Below, piece after piece: positions 24,101 to 36,100 of a DNA stretch of 64,000 bases. The stretch lies in assembly GCA_964430735.1 (NCBI GenBank), contig CAYSFB010000005.1, forward strand, positions 46,390-110,389. The letters are read 5' to 3'. The translations under genes were made by a program, and so were the position numbers. Numbering within the stretch: the stretch's first letter is position 1; each line of letters begins with the position of its first letter. This stretch comes from an uncultured Planctomycetia bacterium. GTDB lineage: Bacteria > Omnitrophota > Gorgyraeia > 2-02-FULL-51-18 > JAGOUK01. The notes below the pieces were generated by a model. It saw nothing but the letters and a program-made list of their open reading frames with translations. It had not been told where the DNA came from and searched no databases.

Positions 24101-27100
24101 TCACGGTGCCGTTGAGCATCGGGCGTGTCGCCGGGTACCTTCCGGACGGACAGGCGATCATAGAAAAATTCTCGTTTGGATGGGTTGCCGTCGAACGGAA
24201 TGGAATCACCGAGCGGCTTCTGCAGGCGCTCCAAAACGGTCCGGACGGGAAGGCCGTCTATATTGACCCGAAGGGTATGACGGATACGCAGTTGCACGAC
24301 TTGGTGCAAAAGGTCCGGACGCTCAAGACAGTTGAGGTCATGCGCCATGGACTTCTGATGTCGCAGACCGCTGCCGACACCCGTGTGATCGTCGACCGGG
24401 ACGCTGCCGGTTTTGAAGTCGGCCGTCACACGCTCGGCGAAAACCCCGCGCAGCCGGGCGTGTTCAACGTCCCTGTCGGCGACGGTATGCTGAGAGGGGT
24501 GAATCTCCTCAAGGGCGCCGAAGACCTGAACCATATTTTTGCGCGTTACGAGAAGGTTTTTGACGTGGCCCGCCGGGAATACTTTTTCCTCAACGGCCGG
24601 GTGCTGGTCGAAACGGGCGACGGCACGCAGTTCGCTTTCATCAGCCCGACCGACGGCGAGGGGCGGCCGCTGCGTTTGGATCTTCTGGCCACATACGGAA
24701 TTCTGGCCTACGAAGGCGGAAACGGCGAGTTGGTCCGCGTCGAATCGATTCCCGGCGTCGACGCGTCGGGCGCGCCGGTCGCGCTCAAGGCCTCCGATAT
24801 CAAGCGCGTGCCCGCCAAGGATGTCCAGCAGGGCTATGATGGCGAAGGCCGCATCCTTTACAAGATCGTCCGCAACACGTTCACAGAAATTCTTTACGAC
24901 GCCGAACACCGAGAAATCGGCCGCAAGGCGTACTCATGGGATGCGGTCAATCGGAAGTTCCACCGCGACATCGCCGGCAATCCGATTGTGCTGAGCGAAG
25001 GCCAGGTCGTCGGCGTTTCGGACGACGGCAACCTCATCACGGCGATCCAAAGGTATCTGTACCTTTATGATAAGGCCACCGGCAAATGGAAGCCTAAGAC
25101 GCGCGTCGTCGACGGCCAAGACATTCATCAAACGATCAGTTACGAAGAACAGTACAAGTCCAACGGCAACCTTCATAACCAGACGCTCGGCAATATGCGG
25201 ATGGAAGTCATTTATCGCGACGGCGGCGAAATCGGCCGACGCAGCTACCTGATCAATCCTGAGACAGGCGCCATTATCCGTCTGCACGGCGAAGGCGACG
25301 TCACCGGCTACGTGCGCTACCAGGCTGATGGGATGGAAACACCCGAATATCATGTAAAAGTCGCCCAAAAGGTCTATCTTTACGACGAAAGCGGTGCCAT
25401 GGTCACGACCGACGGTCTTCCTGCGGCCGCAGACCGTTCCAACGTGGACAGGCTGGACGTGCTCGAGGCCTACAACGAGGTCGGCTGGATCCGCAGTCAG
25501 CTGATGGACGAAAAGCTGACCCGCGTCAACTTCGACCCTGTGACGGGTCTCGAAATCTCCCGCGCCCGGCTTAAAAAATGGCAGTCGTCAGACCTGGATT
25601 ACACGATGCCCGTCAGCTATGGTGAACTTTTTGATTACACCGACGAAGGCAACGCCCTGCTGCGGATGCGTCTGGCCCATTACACGCGCGACGCCGACGG
25701 CAAGAGCGTTCCGCTGACGACGGACGGCGCGGCCGTTTTCACGCCGGACCTCTCCAACGCTCAAACGGTGGTTCAGACGGCACAGGAAAATCCGCTGGGT
25801 TATGTCTTCCTCCAATCCAACCGCGAAATCACCGCCAGCTATATTCCGGGCAATGATCCCAGGGCGTTCGGGTTCAGCGTCCCGCAATCGGCTTCTAGCA
25901 TTTACGCACCCAACGGGTTCGAAACTTATAGCTTGAGCCTCGCTTACGACCAGGCTGCCGGCAAGTCCTATTTGTATTCCATCGCCCGTGATCCTAAATA
26001 CCAAATTCAGCGTTACACCGAAAAACGCGACAAATACGGCCGATTCCAAGTCAAGCAGCTCGGCAAGCGCGCCTACACTTATCGACAGGACACTCCAGAG
26101 CCGTGGCTGGACCTCGTCGATACGAGCACCGATGGGTACGGAAACAATTGGATGCATACCTACACCTTCGACGGACCTTTAGTTATGGAGACCATTGTGG
26201 ATGCCGGAACAAACATCACAATTTACAAGGTCACCAAGAACATCGTCACCGGAGACGTGGTGCGTCAGGCAGAAACCGTTTTGGCACCTTATCTGGACAA
26301 ACAGCGCAAACCGGTCGTGGCCGATATCCGCACGACTGAACGGTCCTATTATCAGGGGAGCCTGATCGTTTCCAAGGACGTCATCACGAGCCTTGACGGA
26401 AAGAGCATCACGCGCACGCTCAGGCTGGCGCCGGACGGAACTCCGGACTTCAGGCCCGAAACGGTGCCGGCTCAGGTGCCCTACGCCGACCGTAAATACT
26501 CTCAGTACGATTCGAAGGACGCGGACGGCAGGGAATGGATCTCGGGCTTCGACATTCACAGCCCGCTTGGCGTCCCTCAATGGGAAGACAAGGCCGACAA
26601 ACGTTACGTCAGCCATCCCGGCCGCGGCGTGATCAGTCTGGTCAACGAGGGCGTGCGCACGTATCACATCAAGGCGGGCACCCGCGGCGAGCCCAAGGAT
26701 AAGAAGGTTCACGGCTGGGCCAAACTCCGGATCGATCTGGGCATTCCGCACGGCATCGCGCTGCCGGACGAATTTATTCCGAACAAGTACGACGGCTTGG
26801 ACGTGTCGAATTACCAATATTTCCGTTTTTGGATCAAAGGGGTGACCGGCACCGAAAAATATCACGTTCAGTTCAATGACGTGAACAGCCAGAACACCCG
26901 TGAGCAGTTGGATTGGGCTCCGGCGGATCAGAGTTGGGGAAACGGCGGATGGCGTGAAGTCCGGATTCCGGTTTCGATGATCGGCCAAAACGGCGTCGAC
27001 GTGAAACGTCTGTCCAACCTGTTTTTCTCGTTCGGAGCCGATGTGGGCAATCCCGTCGGCGGCACGCTCCAGATCTCTGCGATGGAATTCGTCGCGTTCG

Positions 27101-30100
27101 ACGACCAGGGCGATCCCGCAAAGGTTCTGCCGCTCAGCCAGGTCATCGGATCGATGGAAACGGGCGGCGACACCAAGTTCTCCAAGTACAAGGGGCCCAA
27201 GTTTGCGACCAAATTCGGCAACGCCGATTTCTTCAGCCATGAGACATTCGCGTCGCCCAACATGACCGTGGACGTGCAGAGCGTGTTCGTAGTCGACACC
27301 CGGGCGGAGAAGCCCGGCAGCGGCGAATGGGGTCCGACCTGCGGCATCACCGACTACGTCGGCGTCACGCCGGAAGGGCAGTCCGTGATCCGGACCTGGC
27401 AGCTCTGGCCCGGTACTACGTGGGTCGAAATTCAGTCCGTCATCGGTCTTCCGACGGCACGCATTTATCCCAGCGGATTTATCGAAGACAACATGATCGA
27501 TTCATGGTCGGAGCGCGTCTACATGGACCACCGCGGCAACAGCATCGTCTCCGTCATCGAGCAGGGCGGCATGGACCGCAAAGGACGCAAGCTGGCGACG
27601 GGCGACGTACGGTTTGTCTATCAAAGTGTCAACAACAAGGCTGGCGACCAGGTTTGGCGCCGTGACATCGTATTCGGAGAAGATTACTTTAATCACAACG
27701 ACACCAACGATCAGATCCGCTGGGAGAAAAAGCCGGATCCGGACGACAACCGCCTGCGTCGCGACCGTATCTACGCGTATGACGAGGACGGTTACGAAAC
27801 CGGCACGCAGCCGTTCATGCCGGATTATTGGACCAAGAATTCCGACCCTTTTGCGCCAGAGAGAATTGACGCGCCGGAACCTTGGAGCACGATACAAGAG
27901 TCCATGACCCGGGACGTCACGTTCGACCACAAGTTTCCGCTCACCATCGCCAAGACCGCGACGCCCGATTCCACGATGAAGCCGCAGGAATTCACTCAGG
28001 GCAATTTTAACAACCGCGGAACCCCGAACCTCATTTCCGGAATCCGGGAGTCCTGGGAATACAGTCTGCTTCTTTGGAGTCTGATCGCAGCCGCCGGTCT
28101 CACGGCCGTCCGCCGGATCAAGAAATTGCTAGAGCCCCGCAAGGACGGTTATCTGCCCGACGCGCCGATCCAGCCCGCTGCTCCGGCCCAGCCCGCCCAA
28201 CAACAGCAACCGCCGACCACGGCGCCCGACGCCAATTCCGGCTCGACCGCCGGAGCCCGGCTGGCCACCGCCGCGGACGTGAGCCAGCTCTTCGCTGAAG
28301 TGGGCGCCCAGTCCGACGCGGAACTCGAAGCGCGGCTCTTGCGATATTCTCAGCAACTCGAAGCGCGGGTGCAGTATCAGGGCATTAATCCCGCCCAGCT
28401 TCCGATTGAAGGCCCGGAGGATCCCAAAGGTCTCTATATCTATCTGCCGCGTCCGAACGATTTTGGATTCGCCAAGATCTCTTTTAGCGGCTACGTGTAC
28501 AAGGCCGTTCTCACCAAGGAAATTCTGCACGAAATTTCTTCCGATCCGATTCTCGGCTTCATCGTCGAAGAAGTCGTATTTCCGGCTCTTCGGGCAGGTA
28601 AGTCGGCCGCTCAAATCCGCGAACTGGTGCAGGCCTATAAAAAAGTGTGGTTCTCCCTCATCGACGAAGGGTACCGTCAGCACAAGAAAGAAGGCGTGAG
28701 CCGCGCGCTCGGCAAGGCCTTCATGTTCGAGGATATGAGTGATCTTCACCGCGACGGCCGGATTCTGGGCATGCGGCCCAACTTCATGCGGTCCTCCGTG
28801 TACCGGAATTATCTGGCGCCGGACCGTATCGCTGCGACCGCAGCCGCGCTGACGTACAACTCGAGCACGGATCCGGCCAATGTGCAGAAAGCTGCCAAGA
28901 CGTTCCGCCAGAAGTTGACCAACACGCTATTGGACTTTTTGGACAACAACCGTGTGAACCTCCAACTTAGCCTTGCGCATCCCGTCCGCTCGATCAAAAA
29001 AGTGGCGCTCGTGGTCACGAACACGCTCTTTTCGATTCTGGCCCCCGGCCGGACTTCGGTCAAAGGACTGACCTTCTGGTCGGCCGTGACGGCGTCCTGG
29101 GCGGTCTGGAACGCCTGGTTCCTCAGCGTGGTTTGGTCGAACGGCGTGCTGCCGTACTGGGACTTCGCGGTGCATGGCAATCCGCGGGCGCTCGTCGCGC
29201 TGGCGGTCACCGTGGCGACCAACTCGCTGTTTGTGATCCTGAGTTATTACACCTTCACGTATTTTGGCCAGGCCGCCGTGGCATGGCTCACCGGGAAGGC
29301 CACCGGCAACACCAAGATTCAGGCGGACACGCAGATCCGGCCGCTCATGACGCTCACCGGCGCTGTGCTGGGAGCCGGCGTCGGTTGGGCCGCCGCGGCC
29401 TTTATGGGTCTCGCGCTTCCCTTGATACCGGCCGTTGTCGTCGGCGGACTCATTGGCACCTATCTTTTTAGTGACCGCAGCCTGAAGGGCGTCGGTTCGA
29501 TGCTGAGGGACGGGGCGCGGGGCGGTTCCACCTCGCTTGTCGGCGTCAATCTGCAAGCGCAGTTGACCCAGGAATACCGCGACCTCGTGACGGACCTTAG
29601 ACAGTCCAGTCAGATTTCTCCCGCCGAGGAAGCCCAAATCCAGCTTCAACCCGGACAAACGATCGACGCGCTGGACGCTAAAAACATCGGGTCCGTGCAG
29701 GATGAGGTCGCCCGGATCCGTCTGCGGAACTGGGCTAACGCTTATTTGCGCCGCACAGCCGGACTCATGAACGACGTGAACGATCCCCAGGAGATCCGCT
29801 CCCGCTGGGTGCGGTTCGTGACCAAGGCCAGCGACCCGTATTACTACTATTACAAGACCGATCCTACTGACCCTAAGGGTAAACTGACGCTCGCATCCAA
29901 GAAACACGACAACGGTCACACGATCATCACTTTTTTGGTTCAGAACCATCGGACTCAATGGAACAATTTGGCCGACGATCTCCAGAGCCGCGGCCTGATC
30001 AACGCGGCCATGGCCGACGGGATGAAGAGGATTCAGAAGGGCCAAAGCCTCGACACGATTTTTGGAGCTAACCCTTCAGCCGCTCTTGAGGCTGAAATAG

Positions 30101-33100
30101 AACGTTTTGCCAATTCCCGACTGCAGACCGTCTGGTGGACGATTCAAGGCGTGCTGAACCTTCGCCGGGCCTATGAAGAGAAGCTCCGAGAGGTTCACGG
30201 CAACACGATGCCGGCAGCGGACCTTCAGCGCGAAGTGGATCACTATTTCAGGTTCGTCGTTATGATCAATGACACGGAAGCAGGCTTTGCTAAAAAGCGC
30301 CCCGACGCCCTTCAGGCGTACCGAGACGCTGGCGCCGTGCTTTTCTTCAAGCCCGGCCCAAGCTTATGCGACCGCGGGGTCGGCAGTTACAAGGCGATTT
30401 TGATCAACGCGGTGCGGCATCTGACGGCCGGATACGACCTCGGTTTCTTTGTCGACGCCGACACGGAGATCCGGATGGAGGACGCGCGCAAGCTGATCCA
30501 CGCGGGATCCGCGTTTGATAAGAACCCGCGGCTCGGCATCGTCCAATACCGCACCTACATCTTCAACGCGCTCTATTCACTGACGACCCGGATGGTCCGT
30601 TGGCCCATCGGTACGTTCTGGGGTCCGGTGCTGCGCGTCCGCAACCAGATCGGTTCACCCTCGTTCCACGGCCATAACGCCGACCTGAGAACGGATTACA
30701 TTTACGACATGGAAGGCGCCGCGCCGGACGACGTGTCGGAAGACTTCCTGGTCGCCATGAGCTTCGAACAGCAAGAGACCCGTGGGAGTTGGATTCAGCG
30801 GATCATCCGTAGACTGTTTGGATTTAAGACCGCCGAAATCGACCGCCGCGCCGTCGAATCCGGCTACGACGATTCGATCCACATTGGCGAAGGTCAGGAG
30901 ACGGACGCCCAGGCCTATCTCGGCACGACGACCCGCAAGTGGTCCTCGGGCACCGCTGCCGGCAGCATGAGCAAAACGCTCAAGCGCCTCATCACGTCTT
31001 GGCGTGTCCCGATTGCGGTCAAGATCGACTTCATGTTCAACATCGGGTTCTACACCATCCTGAATCGTATGGCGCCGTACGCGTCGATCCTTTACGCGAC
31101 CGAACTTTTCGGATTCGGCATTGATTCTTTCAGCCTGCTTCCCAAGACACTGCTCCTGGTGACCTACCTTTTTTCGAACGCGATCAACACCAGTACGCTG
31201 TTGGTCTACATCGAAATGGCCGGCGGCAAGGTGGCCGGAACCCTCAAGTTCATTCGGGACTTTCCGAGCATCATGGGGCTGTGGGTGCCCGGCGTGACGA
31301 GTCAGGGCAAGTCCGCCGAACTCGGTAAAGGAGAAAAGTCCGAATATACTACCAGCGCCAAGGGTGTGGGCCTGACCTATGAAAACATCTGGAACGTTTA
31401 TCTGCGCGCGTCCCGCGGCATGAAGGTGGGCTGGATCATTCTCGTCGCGTCTCTGGCTCCGGTGCTTCCGTTCGTTTCCTCGCCGTATTCGGACACCACC
31501 ACCTATATCGCCGCGATGCTGGTGGTGCTTTTCGGCTGGATGAACCTGACGCACCCGCTGTTGTACCGCGTCGATCCGCTTCGGATGGAAGGAAGATCCG
31601 GCATCACGCGTTTGGTCGTCGGAATCTGGCATGCCGCCAAACTGCTGGTCTTCGCGACGATCGCGCCTCCGGTCGGGCTTACCATCAGCGTTGCGCACCG
31701 TGTCGCGAACCTGCTTTTCCTCAGCAGACAATGGGACGCGGTCGAAGCCACATTGATCGTGAAAGGCGAAAAAGACCAACCTCCGACCTTCCGCGACAAG
31801 ATGGAAGCGTCCGTCGAGAAGATTTTTGGAGCCCGTCTGGCCTCCGAAGAGCGCGTCGACTTGCTGGACGAGAACGGCAACCCCACCGGCGTCACGAAGC
31901 TTCGGTCGAAGATCCGGCCGACGGAACTGACGCGCACGATCAACGTGTTTTTATTCAGGAAAAATCCCGACGGCACGGTCCAGGTCCTGATGCAGATCCG
32001 CTCCGGCAAGAAAAAGACCTTCCCGTCCCGCCGCGACACGGCCGCCGCCGGCATGGCCGCCGCCGGAGAATCTCCTCTGTGGACGGCCAGCCGTGAACTT
32101 GCCGAAGAAGTCGGCGTTCAGGTGGATCCTAAGGACCTCGTCCGGATCGGCCCCGAAAACGGATACCGGATCCAAGAAACCTCGATCGGTGTTTTTCCGT
32201 CCGAACCAAGCCGCAAGCGCCACAAGGGCAAGCTGCTCACCAACCAGTTCCGGTCGGTTTTTGTGGCGCTGCTCCCTCCGGGTCAGGAAGTCAAATTGCA
32301 GGATAGCGAAGTCGCCGGGTCGGAGTGGTCGGATCTGGACACCGAGCTGAACGCCGTCCAGACCAACCCCGAGGCGTACGCCAGCATGCAGTTCGAGCTG
32401 GTTTATCCGGAAGTGGCCAAGCAGCTCCGCGCCGCCAAGAAACTGCTCGAACAGGCTCCCGCCGATGTGTCCTATAGCGATGTGATCGACCGCTGGGTCC
32501 GCGCCGGCGTCGGTGTCGCGACGGCAGACGCAGAGCTGCTGACGACAGACGCGCTTGTGGCGTACCTCGAGTCGGGTCAGCTGACCCCCGAAATGATCCG
32601 GGCGATATCGATCGATCAAAAGGCGGAGCTCCTGCGCCGCATCGACCTTTCGCAATACGACCTTCAGGAAAAAATGGTGATTCTGTCCGGCGCTCCCGGC
32701 TCCGGCAAGGATCTGGCCCGTCACGCGTTCGGCAAACAGGGCCGTTATGTGGACCTCGTCGCGCAGCTGCTCCTTTATCACAGCCGCGAACCGCGTGCCG
32801 GAGAGATCAACGGCATCAAGTATCACTTCGGCCAGTTCAATGTCGGCGAGAACACGAACCGCCTCGTGGTCCTCAAGAACGACGGACGCATTCTGACTGC
32901 GTACATCAACAAGCAGCTTCAAGGCGTCGCACTCGAACGCTTCGTGGAGCAGGTGGTGCTGCGGTCGGATGTTGCCGCCGACCAGCTGCTGGAAACGGAC
33001 GCGGTCGTCCGCCAGGACACGATCAACGGCATGAAGGTCACGGTTGTCAACCGTTCGATCTCGGGTTTGGCCGAAGCGTTCAAGGGCTCCAAGTTCACGT

Positions 33101-36100
33101 TCCTCGAAGGAGGATATGACTGGTTCCGCCAGGTCACGAAGAAGTTTCCGAACGTGTTCACGCTGTTTCTGGCGTCGTTTACACCGGAAGAATTGACCCT
33201 GCGGGCCTCGAATCAGCAGATCATCGAAAAAGTGTGGCAGGATCCGCTGCAGCGCGCCGTCGCCTTCAACCTGGTCAACATGATGCGCCGTAATCAAAAG
33301 ACAGAGATGATCGACCTTCGGCGCGAGGAGACTCTAAAAGAACTCAGTCAGGCCGTCTCGGGATGGGAAGGCCATCCCACCCGAGCGTCCGACCCCGCCG
33401 GCGCCATGCGTAAACTCGGCCGCAAGGTATATTCAGCCGAGGCGGTCGCCAAGAATCCGGATCTCGCCGAAACGGAAGCCACGCTTCGCGCCACGGCCGG
33501 CATCATCGAGAGCCCCGAGTTCATCGAGGCCGTGAACCGTCTCCTCGGCCCCGACTATCTCAACCACACCTTCCGCATCGATGAGTCGAACGCCCCTCTG
33601 GCCCGCTCACTCGCTTATTACTTCCATATGCGGCTGGCCGGGGCCGGGCGTTCGGACACTTCCGTCAGAATCGCCATCCCGTCGGCCGAGCGCGACAGAA
33701 CCGCCAATTATTCCAAGGACGAGGACATGTTCAACCGGATGATCGAAGGCGTCATTCAGACGCTCCTCATGCAGGAGTACGTCGAAGGCGATCGCGCCGG
33801 CCGCGGGACGATCGTTCACAACGCCTTCGTTTACGGTGACGGCGGCGAGGACCATATGAAACTCATCGAAGCCACCGAGAAGCGCCACGCGAACACCATC
33901 GCCGACCAATACTTCGGGTACCTGCTTTCCGCGATGAACGCGGCCAACGGCGCGCGTCTGGCACAGGTCGAGATGGTCGACGTGCTCGACGAAGCGGGTA
34001 GTTCCAAAGGAATGGTGCGCAGTCTCGACAAGGTGCGCGCGCAAGGGGACTGGCACGCGACCGTTTATGTCTTCGTGTTTGATCCGGCGACGGGCAAGGT
34101 TTATGTGCAAACCCGCTCCAAGGCGAAGGATCTGAACCCCGGCAAGGAGGACGCGTCCGCGTCCGGGCACGTCGAAGCGGGTGAGCGCGACCGCCGGACG
34201 GCCGCGCACCGTGTGGCGCTCAACGAACTGGGCGTTCATATCTCCATTGAGAATTTCATCGCCGTCGGCAAGGAATCCGGATACCCGGTCGTCGAAGACC
34301 GTCCGAACGGTCCGGCCCTGCGCCAGTACCGCACCGTTTATGTGGCCGTTTTGCCGGAAGGCGAACAGGTCAGTCCGAACGCGTTGGAAGTCGACAGTCT
34401 CAAGCAGTCCGACGTCATAGATCAGCTCCGTCTGGCGGATTCAGGTTCCGCGGAAATCAGCGAAGGCCTCCGGCAGATTTACAAACTCCGCCGCGTCCGC
34501 AGAGCGTTGGTCCGCGTGCAGAACCTCCTTGAAAAGATCCGTCTGCGCAACCAGGACCATGCTCTGTCGCGGCAGGATCTCCTCTTCGCGATCCGGAACC
34601 GCATTTCGACCCGTCCGATCAGGAACGTGGTGCTGGTGAGTCCCGAAGCCGTGCCCGTGGTCAAGACGGGCGGTCTGGGCGACGTGGTGGGTGAGTATGC
34701 CCAGTCGCTTTCGCGCCTGGGAATCGATGTCGCCGTGATCCTGCCCAAATACAACCGCGGACCCGTCACGGACGCCCTGGACACCGGGATGTCCTTCCAG
34801 TTACAGCTTATGGGCCGCACGGTCACGATCAAGATTCTGAAGAAAAAAATCGGGTCGGCCACCTACTATCTGCTCGAAGACACAGACACTTCCGAAAATT
34901 CGTTCCTGAACGAAATTTATCCGAAGGACACGGACGCGGACCACACCCGCTCCTTCGCGCAGTCCCGGATCGTCTCCGAGGGCTCATTGATCGCGATCAA
35001 AAAACTGGTCGAAGCGAAGATGATGGCCCGTCCGAACATCATCCACGGCCACGATTGGGAGACCGGCTGGATGCACGCGTACCTCCAAACGAAGTACGCG
35101 CAGGACCCGATCCTCGGCAGCGCGGTTCACGTCGGCACGGACCATAACCCGCGTCAACAGGGCCCCGATTTTCCTGCCAGGCTATATGCCGAACTCGAGA
35201 TTTATAACGCCAACGGCGAAATCGACTGGACGCACGTGTTCGGGATGCAGCGTCCCGGAAACACGAACGTGATCAACGCCAAGCGCGCCCAGCTGCTTCA
35301 CGCCGGCGCGGTCAACGTCGTCTCGGCCGGCAACCGCAGGGAAGTGCTCGCGGGAACGCAGGCCCACGGCAATCTGGACCTTTACGCGGCCAAAGGAAAC
35401 CTGTTCCGGGGTATCCCGAACGGCATTTCCGCGGACCGTTGGCCGGTGCTTTCGCCGGCCGTCAAGATCCAGGCGGAGGACCGGTTGTTGAGCGAGTTGA
35501 ATCTGGCCCCTCGCGGACCCGACACGGTGATCATCGGTTCAGTCTCCCGGATTGACGACCAGAAAAACACGCAGGCCGTCGTCCGCTCGATCCGCCGTAT
35601 TCTCGAAGAGACGGATGGCGACATCCGGTTCATCTTTGCAGGCGACGGACATCCCTCCAATCAGTACGCGCAGGAAGCCAAGGCGATGATGGCCCAGCTT
35701 CAAGCCGATTACCCGCGGCAGGTGCGGATTATTCACAAGGCGGACCACGACCTTCAGAACAGGATTTTTGACGGTCTTCAGATCTTCTTGTACCCGTCCA
35801 ACCCCGCGATCGGCGAGCCGTTCGGCACGAAGGCCGCCGTCGCTCTCAGCAAGGGCGTGCCCGCGGTGCTCACGCGCGTCGGCGGCCTCGCAGACATCGG
35901 CACCGAACTGAATCCCGTGAACGGAACGGGCAACACGGTGTTCCTCAAGTCGACTTCGCCGGTCGAAGTTGAAGTCGAACTGCACGACGGGATCTGGACG
36001 CTGATGAATCTTTATCGCAACGAGTCCGACCAGCTGACGTCGATCCTCGACAATGCCAGAAACGTCCAGGTGGATTGGGCCGACTCGACCCGGCAGTATC

